A stretch of DNA of 62,916 nucleotides, filler included, from Hyphochytrium catenoides (Eukaryota > Protista > Hyphochytriomycota): NCBI GenBank assembly GCA_900088475.1. It is 18 parts of 18 records of this genome, joined end to end, with 100 filler letters (N's around TTAATTAATTAA, not from the genome) between each part and the next. Parts side by side here need not be neighbours in the genome. Positions count along the whole stretch, not along the records: positions 58,597 to 62,916 come from FLMG01003294.1; 17 more parts are not named here. One strand, 5' to 3'. Shown here piece by piece: positions 62,017 to 62,916 of this stretch; positions within the stretch are counted from its first letter, which is position 1; every line of letters begins with the position of its first letter. The notes under the pieces are model-generated. The model did not search any database, had not been told where the DNA came from, and saw only the letters and a program-made list of their open reading frames with translations. A program made the position numbers and the translations under genes.

Positions 62017-62068
<52 letters not shown>

Positions 62069-62338
62069 AGAGAGAAAAGAACAAGGAGAGAGAAGAGATA
62101 CATCGGCAAATAACGGACGGGAAATAATAACGGCTATAACGGCTCTCACGAACTGATAAATTATCTTACATGTTTCTGTTAGGTATCAGGAATATAGATT
62201 ATGAAAAGCAATATATTCTATATCGGGTATAAATGGGGTGCTAACAAAGTTGGTACAGAGACCAACCAGTCAAACTCAGAAGCAGCAATCAGAAGCCAAT
62301 CATGGAACTCTCTCTCTTACCCCGCGTCTCTCTCTCTC

Positions 62339-62369
<31 letters not shown>

Positions 62370-62457
62370 GCGTCTCTCTCTCTCTCTCTGCGTCTCTCTC
62401 TCTCTCTCTGTCTCTCTCTGTCTCTCCGCCCCGTGTCTGCCTCTCTCTCTTTCTGCG

Positions 62458-62492
<35 letters not shown>

Positions 62493-62515
62493 TCGCATCT
62501 GCCTCTCTCTCTCTG

Positions 62516-62546
<31 letters not shown>

Positions 62547-62797
62547 GCGTCTCTCTCTCTCTCTGTCTCCTCTGTCTGTGCCTTCGGTTCCCTGCCTCAT
62601 CATGCTCTCTCTCCCTCTGAATATGTTTGCTCCTCTCTATGCTCTCTCTCTCTCCCTCTCTCTCGTTCTGCGTCTCTTCCAAGATTCGCACTCCTTGCGT
62701 CTCCCTTTCCGTCTCTGCCCAAGTGCGCAACCAAGAGCTCAGTCGTAAAGTTACTCCGGGTGGAGAGAGAGAAGCAATCCCTCTTTTCTTCATTCAA

Positions 62798-62832
<35 letters not shown>

Positions 62833-62916
62833 AACTATACCATCGAGTCAGAGCGAGACAACCGCGGTTATAAAGTATGGGAGTCGCCGATGCAGAGAGA
62901 AACATCTGGGTCGCGG

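Overview
This window is not one locus. It is 18 short draft-assembly contigs joined by 17 artificial 100-bp linkers (44 N + TTAATTAATTAA + 44 N), so adjacency across linkers carries no information. The DNA is eukaryotic, with spliceosomal GT-AG introns and very dense (AG/CT)n microsatellites that generate most of the spurious ORFs in the track. It most plausibly comes from a flagellated protist, possibly a stramenopile, but that is inference only. Recognisable host genes, mostly partial and spliced, are: an alpha/beta-hydrolase, ASF1, a syntaxin-6-type Qc-SNARE, PUS10, CWC27, OTUB1, UBE4B/UFD2, a secreted two-domain Kazal inhibitor, NPL4, a probable CFAP43 fragment, a bacterial-type YybH/SnoaL-like gene with a frameshift, an orphan intronless membrane-protein ORF, a zinc-finger exon and an ARL6-like GTPase. 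Mobile DNA includes an apparently intact two-gene PIF/Harbinger-superfamily transposon, several Copia remnants (one lacking integrase), CRE-type RLE non-LTR retrotransposon fragments and an inverted pair of Helentron/DINE-like elements. Two tandem arrays (127 bp and ~196 bp) remain unexplained. I found no convincing novel multi-gene system. The best leads are the two arrays, microsatellite invasion of conserved exons, the intact transposon with an atypical end, the nested TE cluster at 16.3-18.9 kb and the HGT candidate. All protein identifications come from motif recognition by eye, with no database searches.
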